Of a stretch of 45,022 bases of DNA, positions 1 through 10,559 are shown piece after piece. Both the position numbers and the translations under genes were made by a program. A model generated the notes under the pieces. The model was not told the origin of the DNA. It ran no database searches and saw nothing but the letters and a program-made list of their open reading frames with translations. The stretch is taken from assembly GCA_008369845.1 (NCBI GenBank), contig MRSU01000151.1, forward strand, positions 1-45,022, read 5' to 3'. This DNA is from Trichomonas gallinae (lineage: Eukaryota). The stretch's first letter is position 1, and every line of letters starts with the position of its first letter.

Positions 1-300
1 TATCCAACATTTAAGATGAATGGTATTGATGTTGTTACCATATCCTACGAAATAATTCTCATGAAAATATACCTTCGTCCGATTTTACTATCATTTGATT
101 AACCTCATTAACCAGCAAGTATCAAAAACAAGAATCCTTATTTAAACATTCACTATGCCAATAAAAATTTTAGTGATTAACAGAAAGATTTTCAAATGCA
201 AAACTAGCATCTTGAATACATTTAGGAACTATCCATTCTCAAATCTTCTCGCCTTTTTCTCAATTGTTTCGAAAAAAAATTGAAATCAAAGTTAAAAACT

Positions 301-588
301 TTAGTATATTAATCAATAACATATTTAGATATTATTTTAAAACCGTCGGCAATTGAGAGAATTGAGGCGTTCAAAATTAGAGTAACAGATTTGTGGGAAA
401 CCCGTTACCAAAAGCATTGATTAGCATTCAATAATTTGAGAACCCTGTTACTTTAATTTTGAACGCACCTTATTATTCCTCAATTATTATGATGAGGGTA
501 AAATTTTAAAAAAAAGGGTAAATAATTTGATTGAAAGCCAGGCACTTATTTTGATAAAATATCTAATATATTAGTTCTATATTACTAA
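301..588. repeat. Imperfect inverted repeat (foldback), possible MITE-like remnant
   Basis: GCGTTCAAAATTAGAGTAACAG (367-388) is the reverse complement of CTGTTACTTTAATTTTGAACGC (445-466) with one mismatch. Weaker pairing extends to 351/485 and to about 301-342 versus 549-588. Confidence 0.6.
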
Positions 589-1339
589 TCTACTATTATC
601 ATCATTTGAAAACAATTCAATTTTTTTCAGTAATCATTCAAAAATAACTATGTTCTATAGTTGATATATAATCAAGTTTTAAAATCCTTTTTCGATAATT
701 GTTATTGCAAATATTGAACCGATGAGAATTCTAATGCGAAATTAAAAATCCTTGATATGTGCGTATGTAGTATTTTATTAAAGAGCCAAAAAATTTGTAA
801 TATTCGTAATTTTTGTTAACAAATAACGAATATTTCTTGAACTGTTTTTATAATTATCATCTGAAATGTAATATAATTTAATATATAAAATCCTCTAAAT
901 TCGATTTTTTTATTTTGAAATTGAAATTCTTGTTATGCTTTTAGAGAAATGGATTGACACGTGAAAAATATGCTGCAACTTTAGATAACTTTAGATAACC
1001 GCTCCACTCCTCTGAAAAAGTTGCAACATTTTTTTCTAAATAGTTTGGCTAAGGTTATATTTTAAAATTAAGATTATTGACGCTATAATAAGAAATGAAA
1101 TTGTTATAGCACGAAACTTGGGAAAGCATGTGACAACTTTAAATGTGCAATGCTGGCCTAGTTTGATTATATGTTATTATTCTCAAATTTGACATGTAAA
1201 ATTGTCAAACGGTTGTATATAGCGACGAATTCATTGTTTTCATTGTCCGTTGACTCCAGATATTCTATTTTCACAACGACGGTAGAATAAGATTTTCTAA
1301 AATTTTGTCATGTAAATAAATCGGATCCGCATTTTTTTA

Positions 1340-3079
1340 ATGATCTTGTCTTTATTAATCTTCCTTACTAAATCCGATTCGACAGTAATCGTAGATTTCG
1401 GTAGTTATTCTTTTCAAACCTTTTATTCAAGGAGTTTTACTTTTGGTTTTAAGAATTCTTCATCATATCAATACGTAATTGTAATATCTAAGAACCCAAA
1501 TATTAATATTTCCACCGAAAATGGGAGCACTTCAGATTTAGTTTTAGTTGAACCAAAGTTACTTACCGTTAAATCAATTAACTATCAAGATTTTATCTAT
1601 TTTTCAGTTTATAATGTGAATAAAAAATGCAATACAGTTGATATTATCTCAGATCGAACAACAGATAATAGCTATGAAATTAGCAGTGCTTATAATCGCC
1701 AAAATACATGTCATTTATTCAACTTCCACGATAAAAATACTCTATCCATCAAAAATACTTGGTTTAGTTATCAAATGAAAATATATAAATATGAATCGTG
1801 TGATATGTCTGATAAAGGAGAAGCGCTTTCAGTACCAGAAAAAATAAATGATATCCGATCAACAATAATTGAAATATCTTATACATTTACATACTATAAA
1901 TCTGTAGAATTGGTTATTGAAAATTGCCCATCTACATATGGTGATGTTTATGCATTACCAGGATATCAAAATTATTTAGTATATCCCGAAATTAAATTTG
2001 GTTTTAATGAATTAAAATATAAAACTAAAATAAAAGTTCCAGCAAATACATTGATAGTTTTCAACTATTCTTATTCCGCAAATGCTAATGTTTTCTCTGC
2101 TACGCAAGTAATGGATACATCAACTAATGTTCGTGCAATCTTGTTCGAAGAGCCTGGCTCAATAGAGACTTTAGCTGATTCAATGACATTATTTGCTTAT
2201 TCTCTTCCGGACATTGGTTTTAAACCAACATATTCAATAACTAGTGGTAAAGATATAAATTACAATAACATGTATAAAAGAAACAGATGCATTTTCGTAG
2301 CATCAAGTGATGAAGTGTACAGAATACAAAATAATACAAAAGCACAGTATTATACTCCAGAAGGCACAGAAATTAACATGACAGACAATAGTTTTGTTGG
2401 AAAAGATCCAATTCAAATAATTTCTGAGAACGCATATACTTTTAAACTGACATATGATAATATTGCTTTTTCTAGTTTTATCATTGATGAATTCAATATT
2501 TATTATAAATTATATTCGATTCAACAAGGCTACATCAAAAATTTGATCACTGGAGAAACTGTCAGTCCAGCACCTAGTAGCAGTTCTAGTAGATATACCT
2601 ATACATATACATATACATCAACACCAGAATCATCATCAAACAATACAACTGTAACTACCATCGTTACCACTATTATAATTCTCACTGTTTTCTTTGTGAT
2701 AGTTGCATGCTTCATTCTAAAGAAGAACAAACGTGCACGCAACTCAGAACTTACTGCACAGCTATTTGATCAAACCGAATCCGGTCAAGAAGCTCCCACT
2801 TACAACACTCGACCATACACATCACCAACCTCAACTTCTAATAGTTCACCCCCAAATTCATATGCTCCACCACCATCATATGCTCCACCATCAGCACCAA
2901 CATCATCAGTGCCAGCATCAAATGCTGTGCCGCTAACAGCTCCCGGAATTCCAGTTGATGAAAACGGTTACGCCAAATCACAAGACAATCCTTACGCTAA
3001 GTCACAAGACAATAAACAAGCTCAATATGTTATCTCTTCACAATATTCAGGACTTAATTCAGCAAACCCTTACATTTAA
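1340..3079 (+). CDS. Single-pass type I membrane/surface protein with Pro/Ser/Tyr-rich cytoplasmic tail
   Basis: 579-aa ORF with hydrophobic N-terminus MILSLLIFL, Ser/Thr stalk, TM helix IVTTIIILTVFFVIVACFIL followed by KKNKR, and a tail with PPSY, YAKSQDN x2 and NPY motifs. Confidence 0.85.
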   Translation: MILSLLIFLTKSDSTVIVDFGSYSFQTFYSRSFTFGFKNSSSYQYVIVISKNPNINISTENGSTSDLVLVEPKLLTVKSINYQDFIYFSVYNVNKKCNTVDIISDRTTDNSYEISSAYNRQNTCHLFNFHDKNTLSIKNTWFSYQMKIYKYESCDMSDKGEALSVPEKINDIRSTIIEISYTFTYYKSVELVIENCPSTYGDVYALPGYQNYLVYPEIKFGFNELKYKTKIKVPANTLIVFNYSYSANANVFSATQVMDTSTNVRAILFEEPGSIETLADSMTLFAYSLPDIGFKPTYSITSGKDINYNNMYKRNRCIFVASSDEVYRIQNNTKAQYYTPEGTEINMTDNSFVGKDPIQIISENAYTFKLTYDNIAFSSFIIDEFNIYYKLYSIQQGYIKNLITGETVSPAPSSSSSRYTYTYTYTSTPESSSNNTTVTTIVTTIIILTVFFVIVACFILKKNKRARNSELTAQLFDQTESGQEAPTYNTRPYTSPTSTSNSSPPNSYAPPPSYAPPSAPTSSVPASNAVPLTAPGIPVDENGYAKSQDNPYAKSQDNKQAQYVISSQYSGLNSANPYI

Positions 3080-3606
3080 TATTATCTAGATAAACAATTA
3101 ATTTAACAATTTTTTATTTTTTACAATAATATTAATTTTCAAATGAACATATCCGTTGATAACAATGTATTTTTCTGCATTTCAAATTAGGGAGAAAAAT
3201 ATTAAAACTGGAAATAGAAAAATATTTTGTAATTTTACAATCAATCGTTAACTATGAAAATGACTTTTTATAAACATAAGGATAATACCCATGTAGAGCA
3301 AATGAAAAATAAACATTTAAAAATATCGATATTCAATACATCAAAGATCCTTGATAAAAATCTTAGTAAACAATGTATAATACATATAATACATATAGTA
3401 TAAATTATTGCCACTTTACAAATGAAAAATGAATTCGAATTTTGAAATTATAAGATGTGCATTTTTGATATTTTACGTGGCAAACTCGTAATTGCTTGAC
3501 AGATACCATTTTGACTTTTTGGCATTTTACATGACAAAAATTATTCGAATTCGTTTGACGCTTTACATTTGACATTTGTCACTTTACAAAATTATTCCGT
3601 TACTTC

Positions 3607-6600
3607 ATGGAGCAATCTCTTCGACTTCTCCTAACAAGTAACACGAAAATCACTGAACAAAGTCTACTGAATGCTTATAACAAGCTCACTTCACCGTCTG
3701 CTGCAAGTTATTCATCGGATTTGTTCATATTACTTGCAGAAAGATTATTTGATTTACCACCTCCTATTCAAAAACATATTGTTGATAAGGCAGAGAATAT
3801 GGTAATGACATACAACAGATTGCAAGAGCCAATGAATCAATTTCAAGTAAGATCACAAATCATACAATCATTAATCAATAATTGGCGAGGCCAGCAGCAT
3901 CGTGGACAGGCTGCTATCGATTTAAATCTTAAATCAATTGATTTCATTACGCGTGCACTTAAAGCAATACAAGCTACGACATTATATCAACCATTAACAC
4001 TTCGAGCTGTTTTCACTTTCTATCAAGTCGCATTACCGTTTTTCCCAATGGAGTTGCGTCATCATCTCCAAACACCTACACCAATTGCGCTTCAACTTTT
4101 GGAAACTCAATTAGTAAATGGCGAATTTAACAGCACAACAAGACTCTACGTAGCATTATCTCTTCTCAATGGCTGTCTTCTCGATGATAACCAGAAATCA
4201 GATGATGCTTCTAAACAAATTCAAAAAGTTTTTACATTAATTCCTGCGGATAACTTAATGCTTAAATTTTCATTGCTCCATTTACTCACACACTTCTCTC
4301 GTAAATCACCAGGCGGTCTACTTAAAGTTAAAATGGATATAAATGATCAATTACAAAAAGCCGTCATTTTATATCAAGGAGCTCGCTCAAACAACCAAGT
4401 GCAGACAAAAGACCTCGCAGAGGCTTTCAAGATTTGCACAACATTTTTGGACAACAAAAAGGATTCGCCCGAAGACACGGCATGCTTCGAAGTCCTTGTT
4501 GGCGAAATTGGCAGACTTGCAGCCCAGTTCAACCAGACACAGCTCGCCCAGGAGTGCGCACAGCGTGCTTCTGGCGCCAGAGCAGCTCTTGGAAGGATCC
4601 ACGCTAATCTCATTAACGCGCAACTCGCTTTAGACCATCAGATGTCTCCGGACGAAACAGCCGAAGTTGTCAGCACATGTGCTCACTGCATGTCTCTCGC
4701 TCAGGCTCAGGGTGATACTGTACTCGTGCAGGATGCCGCCGCCATGCTGTGGTCGCACTCATTGAATGTCTTGCATAGACCTGGACTTGTTAAACGCCAC
4801 CTTTTGACAGCTGTTGACATCTTGTCAAAAATTGGCAGCCAGGCGAATCTTATGCGCTCAGAAATACATTTTGCGCTCGCCAAAATATTCGAGGCGGACA
4901 GAGACAACATGAAAGCTTTAGATCAGTTGAAGAAAGCCATCGCTTTGGATTATTTAATCTCAGATCATCCATCGAAGCTTCAGCATCCATTTGACAGATT
5001 TTTGTTCCCGTTCTATAAGATGCTGAACGTCAGCCTGGACTCATTCGGACAGCATCAAGACCCCCTTGATAAGGCCTACGCTCAAATTGCTCAGTCTAGG
5101 AGGCCTTCAATGTCAGCACTGACACAAAGCCTCGAAATCTTGAACTCAATCAAAGCAGATGAAGTCAGCAAATACGATGCAGTCGAAACTGCTCACTTCG
5201 CAGGAATATGGGCTGAGCTGATCAAGGCCGCTTCAATGGGCCAGTGCCAGGTAGCAGTAGACTCCTGCAAAACGTTTTTGTCATTCGAATTCGACAATGT
5301 TCAATTTGATGCTGCTGTTGAAATTCAATGCGAGACTGTTGTACCTGGCATCACATCTGCCATCGCCTCAAATCATCCGGCTGATGCTGTTCAGTTCTTG
5401 CAGTTCGCTATTTCGAAAGGAAAGACACTGAAAAACTCTAGAATTGTTTTCAACGCTATTGCAGCAATATGGAACTCTTTCTTCTCTAAACAGGAACCAT
5501 CACGATCAACAGATTTCGTTGATGTCGTCGGCGATTGCGTTTCTACACTTTTCGAGTTAGATTTCGAGCCGGCGAAGAAGATGATTGGCCAGATTGTCAA
5601 CTATTTCGTTCAGATTTTGCTCGAGATTTGCACAGAGCCTCCGCCTTCACAAGCTTCAGTTGCTCAAACACAAGCGAGCGCTAAGAAGAAAGGCCCGACA
5701 CTAGATGCAACTAAGCAGAAGCAGCTCAAGCAGGCAGAAGATACAGCGCTCAAAGCCCTTCCTTTAGTATCATCTGTCTATGAAAAGAAAGCTTTAGTCG
5801 ACAGACTGGTTGAGATCTTTGCAAGAAGAAACGCTTTGCCTCCTAATCAAAGTGATCCAGAGACTTCTGTTTTAGTCCAACTAGCAACAATAATGAACGA
5901 GAAAGTCCAGCACAAGGCTGAGACTTTAACATCAATCTACACATCTATACAGAACTTAAGTTCTCCTGCTCTTTACGCGATTTTGTCTGAGAGAGCGAAC
6001 AAGCTCGATTTGAGCCAGCTGACAATAGATTCGTCAACAAAGATGCTCGAATTGACTCCATCACCAAACAATTCTGATGAACTTTATTACTGCGGACTCG
6101 CGAGATTCAACCGTGGATCTGCCTACATGAAACTCATCCAGCCTGAGCTCCAGGAATTTTCCTGCCAAGATAAACTGAGAGTTGATGCGGCAAACGATTT
6201 CTTGAGCGCAGCAGTGAATTTCAATCAAGCACAAAACATCGAAAACGCAAAATTGTCTTTGTCCTTCTTCTGCTCTACTATTTCTGCAGGCGAAAACTTC
6301 CCAAAGTTCAGACAATACTTGAGCGAAATTCTTCCGGAAGCTTTGCAGCTAACAAGACAAGTCTCTATTGGAGATGAAATGCGCGTCTCCATTTATAGAA
6401 TCTATCTCCAAGTTCTTATCGACCAGAAGGACTGGACTCAGTGCAGAAAATTGATCCACGATGCAATCACGACATTAGACAAAAACGTACACAATCAGTT
6501 ATGGGAGCTAAATCTCATTGTCACAGCAAATGCTGACTGTTCGAAGACTCAGACACCTTTGATAGATGAAATGCTCAGAGTTAAGCAGCTCGGAGACTCA

Positions 6601-9393
6601 AAATATCAGTCAAGGCTCTGGACATTTGTCGCTGACCTGGCAACTGATGTTGACGTGAAGAGAACAGCTTTGGTCAAGGCAGAAGAGGTTCTTAAAGAGA
6701 CAGATATACCTGAGAGATTCAGAACAGCGATGAACTACGCGAAATGGCTTGATTTGCAGAACGAATCTGTCGAAATAATCGAAGAAGAACTAACTAAAGC
6801 AAAAGAAGCAGCTGCACTTGAAGAAAACGTTTTGTTCCAGAACCAGAGAATGTTCGAGATCGATTTCTTCAGACTGAGAACCACGAAGGACATCTCCGTC
6901 TTTAACACAGCTGTCGACAATATCATCAAGTCTGGCAACAACATGTGGCAGACCATCGCAGACATGAACCAGCAGCCAGTTGAAGAAGATACAGCAGGCG
7001 ACAAGAAGCCAAAAGGCAGTGCAAGAGGAACAAAGAGCTCTGCTCAGCAACACAAACAAGGTCAGCAGACTCCTAAAGAAGAAGTTCAGCAAGACTTCAA
7101 GACTGTCCCAACAAATATACAAGGCTGGATGGAACTGATGAAGCTCGCTGACAAGCACAAATCACCTGAATTCGAGAAGCCATTCGACTTCGCGAACATG
7201 ATTTTAGACGCAATCAAAATCATCCAACACACAGGCAAAGAATATCAACTGTTGCCACTTTGGTATGTAGTCATGGTTGTCTCAAAGATCTTGATTCACA
7301 ATGTCAGACTCGATCAAATCATTTACATGCAGTTCACTTTGTTCCTTGACAGACTCGACGCAGTTTCAACATTGCCTTACGACCAGGACTTCGGCATTAC
7401 AGACGCAGAGAGAATGGAGTGGAATCAAAAGGTTGAAAGATATCAATCAGATCCACCATCAGAACTTCCTCCTCTCCGAAAGATTCTCCTGAGGCAATGC
7501 TGGCTCTTATTGGAACTGGATGACATCAGGCCGGCACTGACACTCGCAGAATCAGCCTACAGCCAAGCAGACGAGCTCCAAGACACTCTGACAATGAGCG
7601 AAGCAAACATATGCTTAGCTGTCATCAACACAAGATCAGGAAACCTCAGTAAAGCAGTTGAGCAATTGCAATGTGCTGCTCCTGAAGAAGGAATGTGTTT
7701 AGAAGTCTGGACAAAGTGGTTCTCAGCTGCATTCGCGGCGCATGAAGATGAGAATAGATCAGCATTCGTCCACGCGATGGTCCTCAAATTCACTGAATCA
7801 TGTGTCAATGAAAACATGAGTCTATCAGAGACTATCACTGCTTATACTCTTTACAAGCACGCAGCATCATACGTCAGCCCAGAAGATGCTAAAGACTTGT
7901 TCCAGACTCTCAGCCCATCATTAATTCTCCCGAACACATTCTTGCCGTCAATCGACATCAGACTGGCCTACACAGCGAAAATGCTGCAGACAGAGAAATT
8001 CCCTGCGAACATTCTCGAGTACAGAAGTGTCGGCAGAGAAATGGTTGCATTCATCGATGCCATGGAATGTCAATACACTCAAGCAGCTGAGCTAGGCAGT
8101 GAGTCTTCAGTACCGATTCTCATGCGCTATGTCGAGATAATTAACATTTTCGGAACATTAGTTGTTGCCTATCGTCCACAAATAGAGAACATGAGACTGA
8201 ATGGCTTGGACTACGAAATCATCGGCAGCCACGATTCTATTCTCAACGAGTTCATCGATAAAGAGCAAGAACCTCTCGTTGACTTATCAGTGACATCAGC
8301 AATCATGCATTTCAACTCCGTCCAAAATATCGAAGGCATAACAAAGCGTCAAAGTGCCAGATTGGAATTGCTACTCGGCAGGAGTTTGCATATGATTGCG
8401 AAGGACACTGTAACTACACAGAACGCAGTCAAATACCTTTGGCACGCAGTTCCTTTGCTTGTTGAGCTCGACGAAGACAGAGATGCAGCAGACACGGCAA
8501 TAGAATTGCTTGGAATTCTCAAGAGTTCTGACACGGCTGGCGCAGTTCAGATGTATGTATCTGGACAGAACTCGCGCGCTTACATGAGGAGAATCAACCA
8601 GTTGATTAGAGACACTCCACCAGAAAACAGAGAAAGATTGTTCGTCGAAGAAAGCAGAAGGTTAAGTTTTGCTTTCCACAGACCAGACATTTCTCCTTTA
8701 TATGTTAAATGTCAGAGATTCTTCAAAGAAGTTCCATCGATTACGGCACTCCTTCGTGCTCAGTTCGACATCGACGCGTTCAGAAAGGTTTGCACAGACA
8801 AGAAACTTTTCGCTTTAGTCGTCGACAACACGGCTGAAAACGAAGGCGAATTGGTCGGAACAGTTGTCGGTTATGTCAACGAGAAAGATATAATAGAGCA
8901 GGAATACTTGAGACTCGACTTAGATACTATAGCATACAAGGTCGAGATCTTCAAACAGATCATCGCTCCGCCGAAGAAAGCGCAAGAAACGACACCAGCT
9001 GAAAACGCTGACGAAAAGAAGAAAGGCGAATCTCCACGCGGTGGAAAAGGCAAAGGAAAGAAAGATGCCAAAGGAAAAGCCGCTGAGCCTCCGAAACAGC
9101 AGGTACCGCAGAACCCATCAGCTGAATTCGGCGCAATCGCTGCCAAAGTTACAAATCCTGAATTCATAGAATTCATTGATAAATTGAAGAATTCATTTGA
9201 ACAAATTGTCGCGAAATTCCCACCTGAATGCGAGACTATTTTATTGGTCTCGTCAATTCCACAATTCCATACTATTCCATTCTCCGCTATTCCAACATTT
9301 TCCAAATATCAAATTATGTATCACGATTATTCTATCATTTCCGCCCTTGCAAGAAAGGAAATGATATTATCTCTTAATAGAGAAACACTGTAA
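3607..9393 (+). CDS. CFAP46: Cilia- and flagella-associated protein 46 (TTC40)-like, TPR/helical central-pair protein
   Basis: 1928-aa ORF. N-terminal motifs SLLNAYNKL, SSDLFILLAE, PMNQFQVRS and FYQVALPFF..LRHHL parallel CFAP46 (SPDLFVLCAE, ITQFLGRA, YWQMVRPFL..YRHHL). Also KKAIALDY, Lys-rich linkers and a C-terminal HTIPF..HDYSI motif. Confidence 0.8.
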   Translation: MEQSLRLLLTSNTKITEQSLLNAYNKLTSPSAASYSSDLFILLAERLFDLPPPIQKHIVDKAENMVMTYNRLQEPMNQFQVRSQIIQSLINNWRGQQHRGQAAIDLNLKSIDFITRALKAIQATTLYQPLTLRAVFTFYQVALPFFPMELRHHLQTPTPIALQLLETQLVNGEFNSTTRLYVALSLLNGCLLDDNQKSDDASKQIQKVFTLIPADNLMLKFSLLHLLTHFSRKSPGGLLKVKMDINDQLQKAVILYQGARSNNQVQTKDLAEAFKICTTFLDNKKDSPEDTACFEVLVGEIGRLAAQFNQTQLAQECAQRASGARAALGRIHANLINAQLALDHQMSPDETAEVVSTCAHCMSLAQAQGDTVLVQDAAAMLWSHSLNVLHRPGLVKRHLLTAVDILSKIGSQANLMRSEIHFALAKIFEADRDNMKALDQLKKAIALDYLISDHPSKLQHPFDRFLFPFYKMLNVSLDSFGQHQDPLDKAYAQIAQSRRPSMSALTQSLEILNSIKADEVSKYDAVETAHFAGIWAELIKAASMGQCQVAVDSCKTFLSFEFDNVQFDAAVEIQCETVVPGITSAIASNHPADAVQFLQFAISKGKTLKNSRIVFNAIAAIWNSFFSKQEPSRSTDFVDVVGDCVSTLFELDFEPAKKMIGQIVNYFVQILLEICTEPPPSQASVAQTQASAKKKGPTLDATKQKQLKQAEDTALKALPLVSSVYEKKALVDRLVEIFARRNALPPNQSDPETSVLVQLATIMNEKVQHKAETLTSIYTSIQNLSSPALYAILSERANKLDLSQLTIDSSTKMLELTPSPNNSDELYYCGLARFNRGSAYMKLIQPELQEFSCQDKLRVDAANDFLSAAVNFNQAQNIENAKLSLSFFCSTISAGENFPKFRQYLSEILPEALQLTRQVSIGDEMRVSIYRIYLQVLIDQKDWTQCRKLIHDAITTLDKNVHNQLWELNLIVTANADCSKTQTPLIDEMLRVKQLGDSKYQSRLWTFVADLATDVDVKRTALVKAEEVLKETDIPERFRTAMNYAKWLDLQNESVEIIEEELTKAKEAAALEENVLFQNQRMFEIDFFRLRTTKDISVFNTAVDNIIKSGNNMWQTIADMNQQPVEEDTAGDKKPKGSARGTKSSAQQHKQGQQTPKEEVQQDFKTVPTNIQGWMELMKLADKHKSPEFEKPFDFANMILDAIKIIQHTGKEYQLLPLWYVVMVVSKILIHNVRLDQIIYMQFTLFLDRLDAVSTLPYDQDFGITDAERMEWNQKVERYQSDPPSELPPLRKILLRQCWLLLELDDIRPALTLAESAYSQADELQDTLTMSEANICLAVINTRSGNLSKAVEQLQCAAPEEGMCLEVWTKWFSAAFAAHEDENRSAFVHAMVLKFTESCVNENMSLSETITAYTLYKHAASYVSPEDAKDLFQTLSPSLILPNTFLPSIDIRLAYTAKMLQTEKFPANILEYRSVGREMVAFIDAMECQYTQAAELGSESSVPILMRYVEIINIFGTLVVAYRPQIENMRLNGLDYEIIGSHDSILNEFIDKEQEPLVDLSVTSAIMHFNSVQNIEGITKRQSARLELLLGRSLHMIAKDTVTTQNAVKYLWHAVPLLVELDEDRDAADTAIELLGILKSSDTAGAVQMYVSGQNSRAYMRRINQLIRDTPPENRERLFVEESRRLSFAFHRPDISPLYVKCQRFFKEVPSITALLRAQFDIDAFRKVCTDKKLFALVVDNTAENEGELVGTVVGYVNEKDIIEQEYLRLDLDTIAYKVEIFKQIIAPPKKAQETTPAENADEKKKGESPRGGKGKGKKDAKGKAAEPPKQQVPQNPSAEFGAIAAKVTNPEFIEFIDKLKNSFEQIVAKFPPECETILLVSSIPQFHTIPFSAIPTFSKYQIMYHDYSIISALARKEMILSLNRETL

Positions 9394-9925
9394 ATATGTC
9401 TTTTTTTGTAAATTTCTTATTCAATTTTTTTGCTTTATCATCATATAAAAGATGAAGCGTTGTGTTTTGATAAATATAATTTGCATCATTAATATTGCTC
9501 GGTTTTTAATCTATTTAGTCAATTCAAGACAGATTTATTTTGAAAATTAAATAATCAATAAAATCTCATTAAAGCATTATAGAACATTATCTTTAATTGA
9601 ATTGTAATAGAATTATATGTATAATTTTGTTTAGATCTGATTTTGAAAATTTTCATAAAATAATTTGATGCATTACCAGGCCATAGCTAAAAACTAGACG
9701 ACAAATATTATTTAAATATCATATTTCAACCATATTTTTTGTCACATCTCCTAATATTATTTTTGATATAATATATCAAATAAATAATAGACAAATTAAG
9801 CTATATTATGTTATAGGATATTTTGAATTTGTAATAAATGACATACGATTAATTATTTTTTTGAACAATGAGTAGGTGTTTAAATGTCTTTTATATTCAA
9901 GCTGGAGATGTATCATGCTGCTCTT

Positions 9926-10456
9926 TTAGAAGCCGCAGACGGATGGGCGGACCTTGGAGAAGATCTTCTTGGCCTGAGCTGTTGGGGCGCGGATGGACTG
10001 CTTGAGGACTGGGAATTTGATACCCTCGTGGGCGAACTGAGCAACATGCTTGTTCTTGATATCCTTTGTGGCAACTTCTGCGATCTTAATGATGGAAATG
10101 TTGTCAGCTGTGACATCGTGTGTGCCAGCCATCTCACTGTACATCTTTGTAGCAGCACCCTCTGTTGTTGTGTCACGGTACTCCTTGTAAAGGTTGTGAT
10201 GATTGCGAACTGAGCGGTAGGAAAGCCAAACGCCGTAGTTCTTGACGCGTGTTGGCTCTGGCTCGATGACGTGCTTGACGGCAAGGATTTCGCCGTTAGC
10301 CTTCTTCAGGCGGGCGATGCGCTGAGCTAATGTCCAGAACTTGGACTTGGCGCAAACTTCATCCTTAGCGAAGACCTGGACGCGGACAGCTGGTGGGTTG
10401 ACATTCTCCTTTGTTGGAAGTGGGCGAGCGATGACGAGGAACTGCTTAAGAGACAT
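9926..10456 (-). CDS. RPL18A: 60S ribosomal protein L18a (eL20)
   Basis: Motifs MSLKQFLVIARPLP, AKSKFW, LKKANGEIL, VKNYGVWLSYRS and HNLYKEYRD. Start reassigned to the ATG at 10456, directly after the M5 element. Highly biased codon usage. Confidence 0.96.
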   Translation of the reverse strand: MSLKQFLVIARPLPTKENVNPPAVRVQVFAKDEVCAKSKFWTLAQRIARLKKANGEILAVKHVIEPEPTRVKNYGVWLSYRSVRNHHNLYKEYRDTTTEGAATKMYSEMAGTHDVTADNISIIKIAEVATKDIKNKHVAQFAHEGIKFPVLKQSIRAPTAQAKKIFSKVRPSVCGF

Positions 10457-10463
10457 CCCTTGA

Positions 10464-10482
10464 AAAGGCCGACCAAACCGCT
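10464..10482 (-). promoter_or_regulatory. Trichomonas M3 (AGCGGTTT) plus M5 (CCTTT) core promoter of RPL18a
   Basis: Minus strand reads GAGCGGTTTGGTCGGCCTTTTCAAGGG-ATG. M3 is at 10475-10482 and CCTTT at 10464-10468. Confidence 0.75.
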
Positions 10483-10559
10483 CAATTTTTTTCGCTAATT
10501 TTTTTAATATAATATATCGATTTAGTAGCATATATTATTCATATTTTTTACGAAAATGA

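Noticed and set aside
979..998. CTTTAGATAA direct duplication
   Set aside because: A two-copy 10-mer is ordinary slippage; no sign that it is a target-site duplication.
9884..10284. Antisense and alternate-frame ORFs over RPL18a (likewise over galE, p23, CFAP46 and others)
   Set aside because: Shadow ORFs produced by strong codon bias in real genes; no recognisable protein features.
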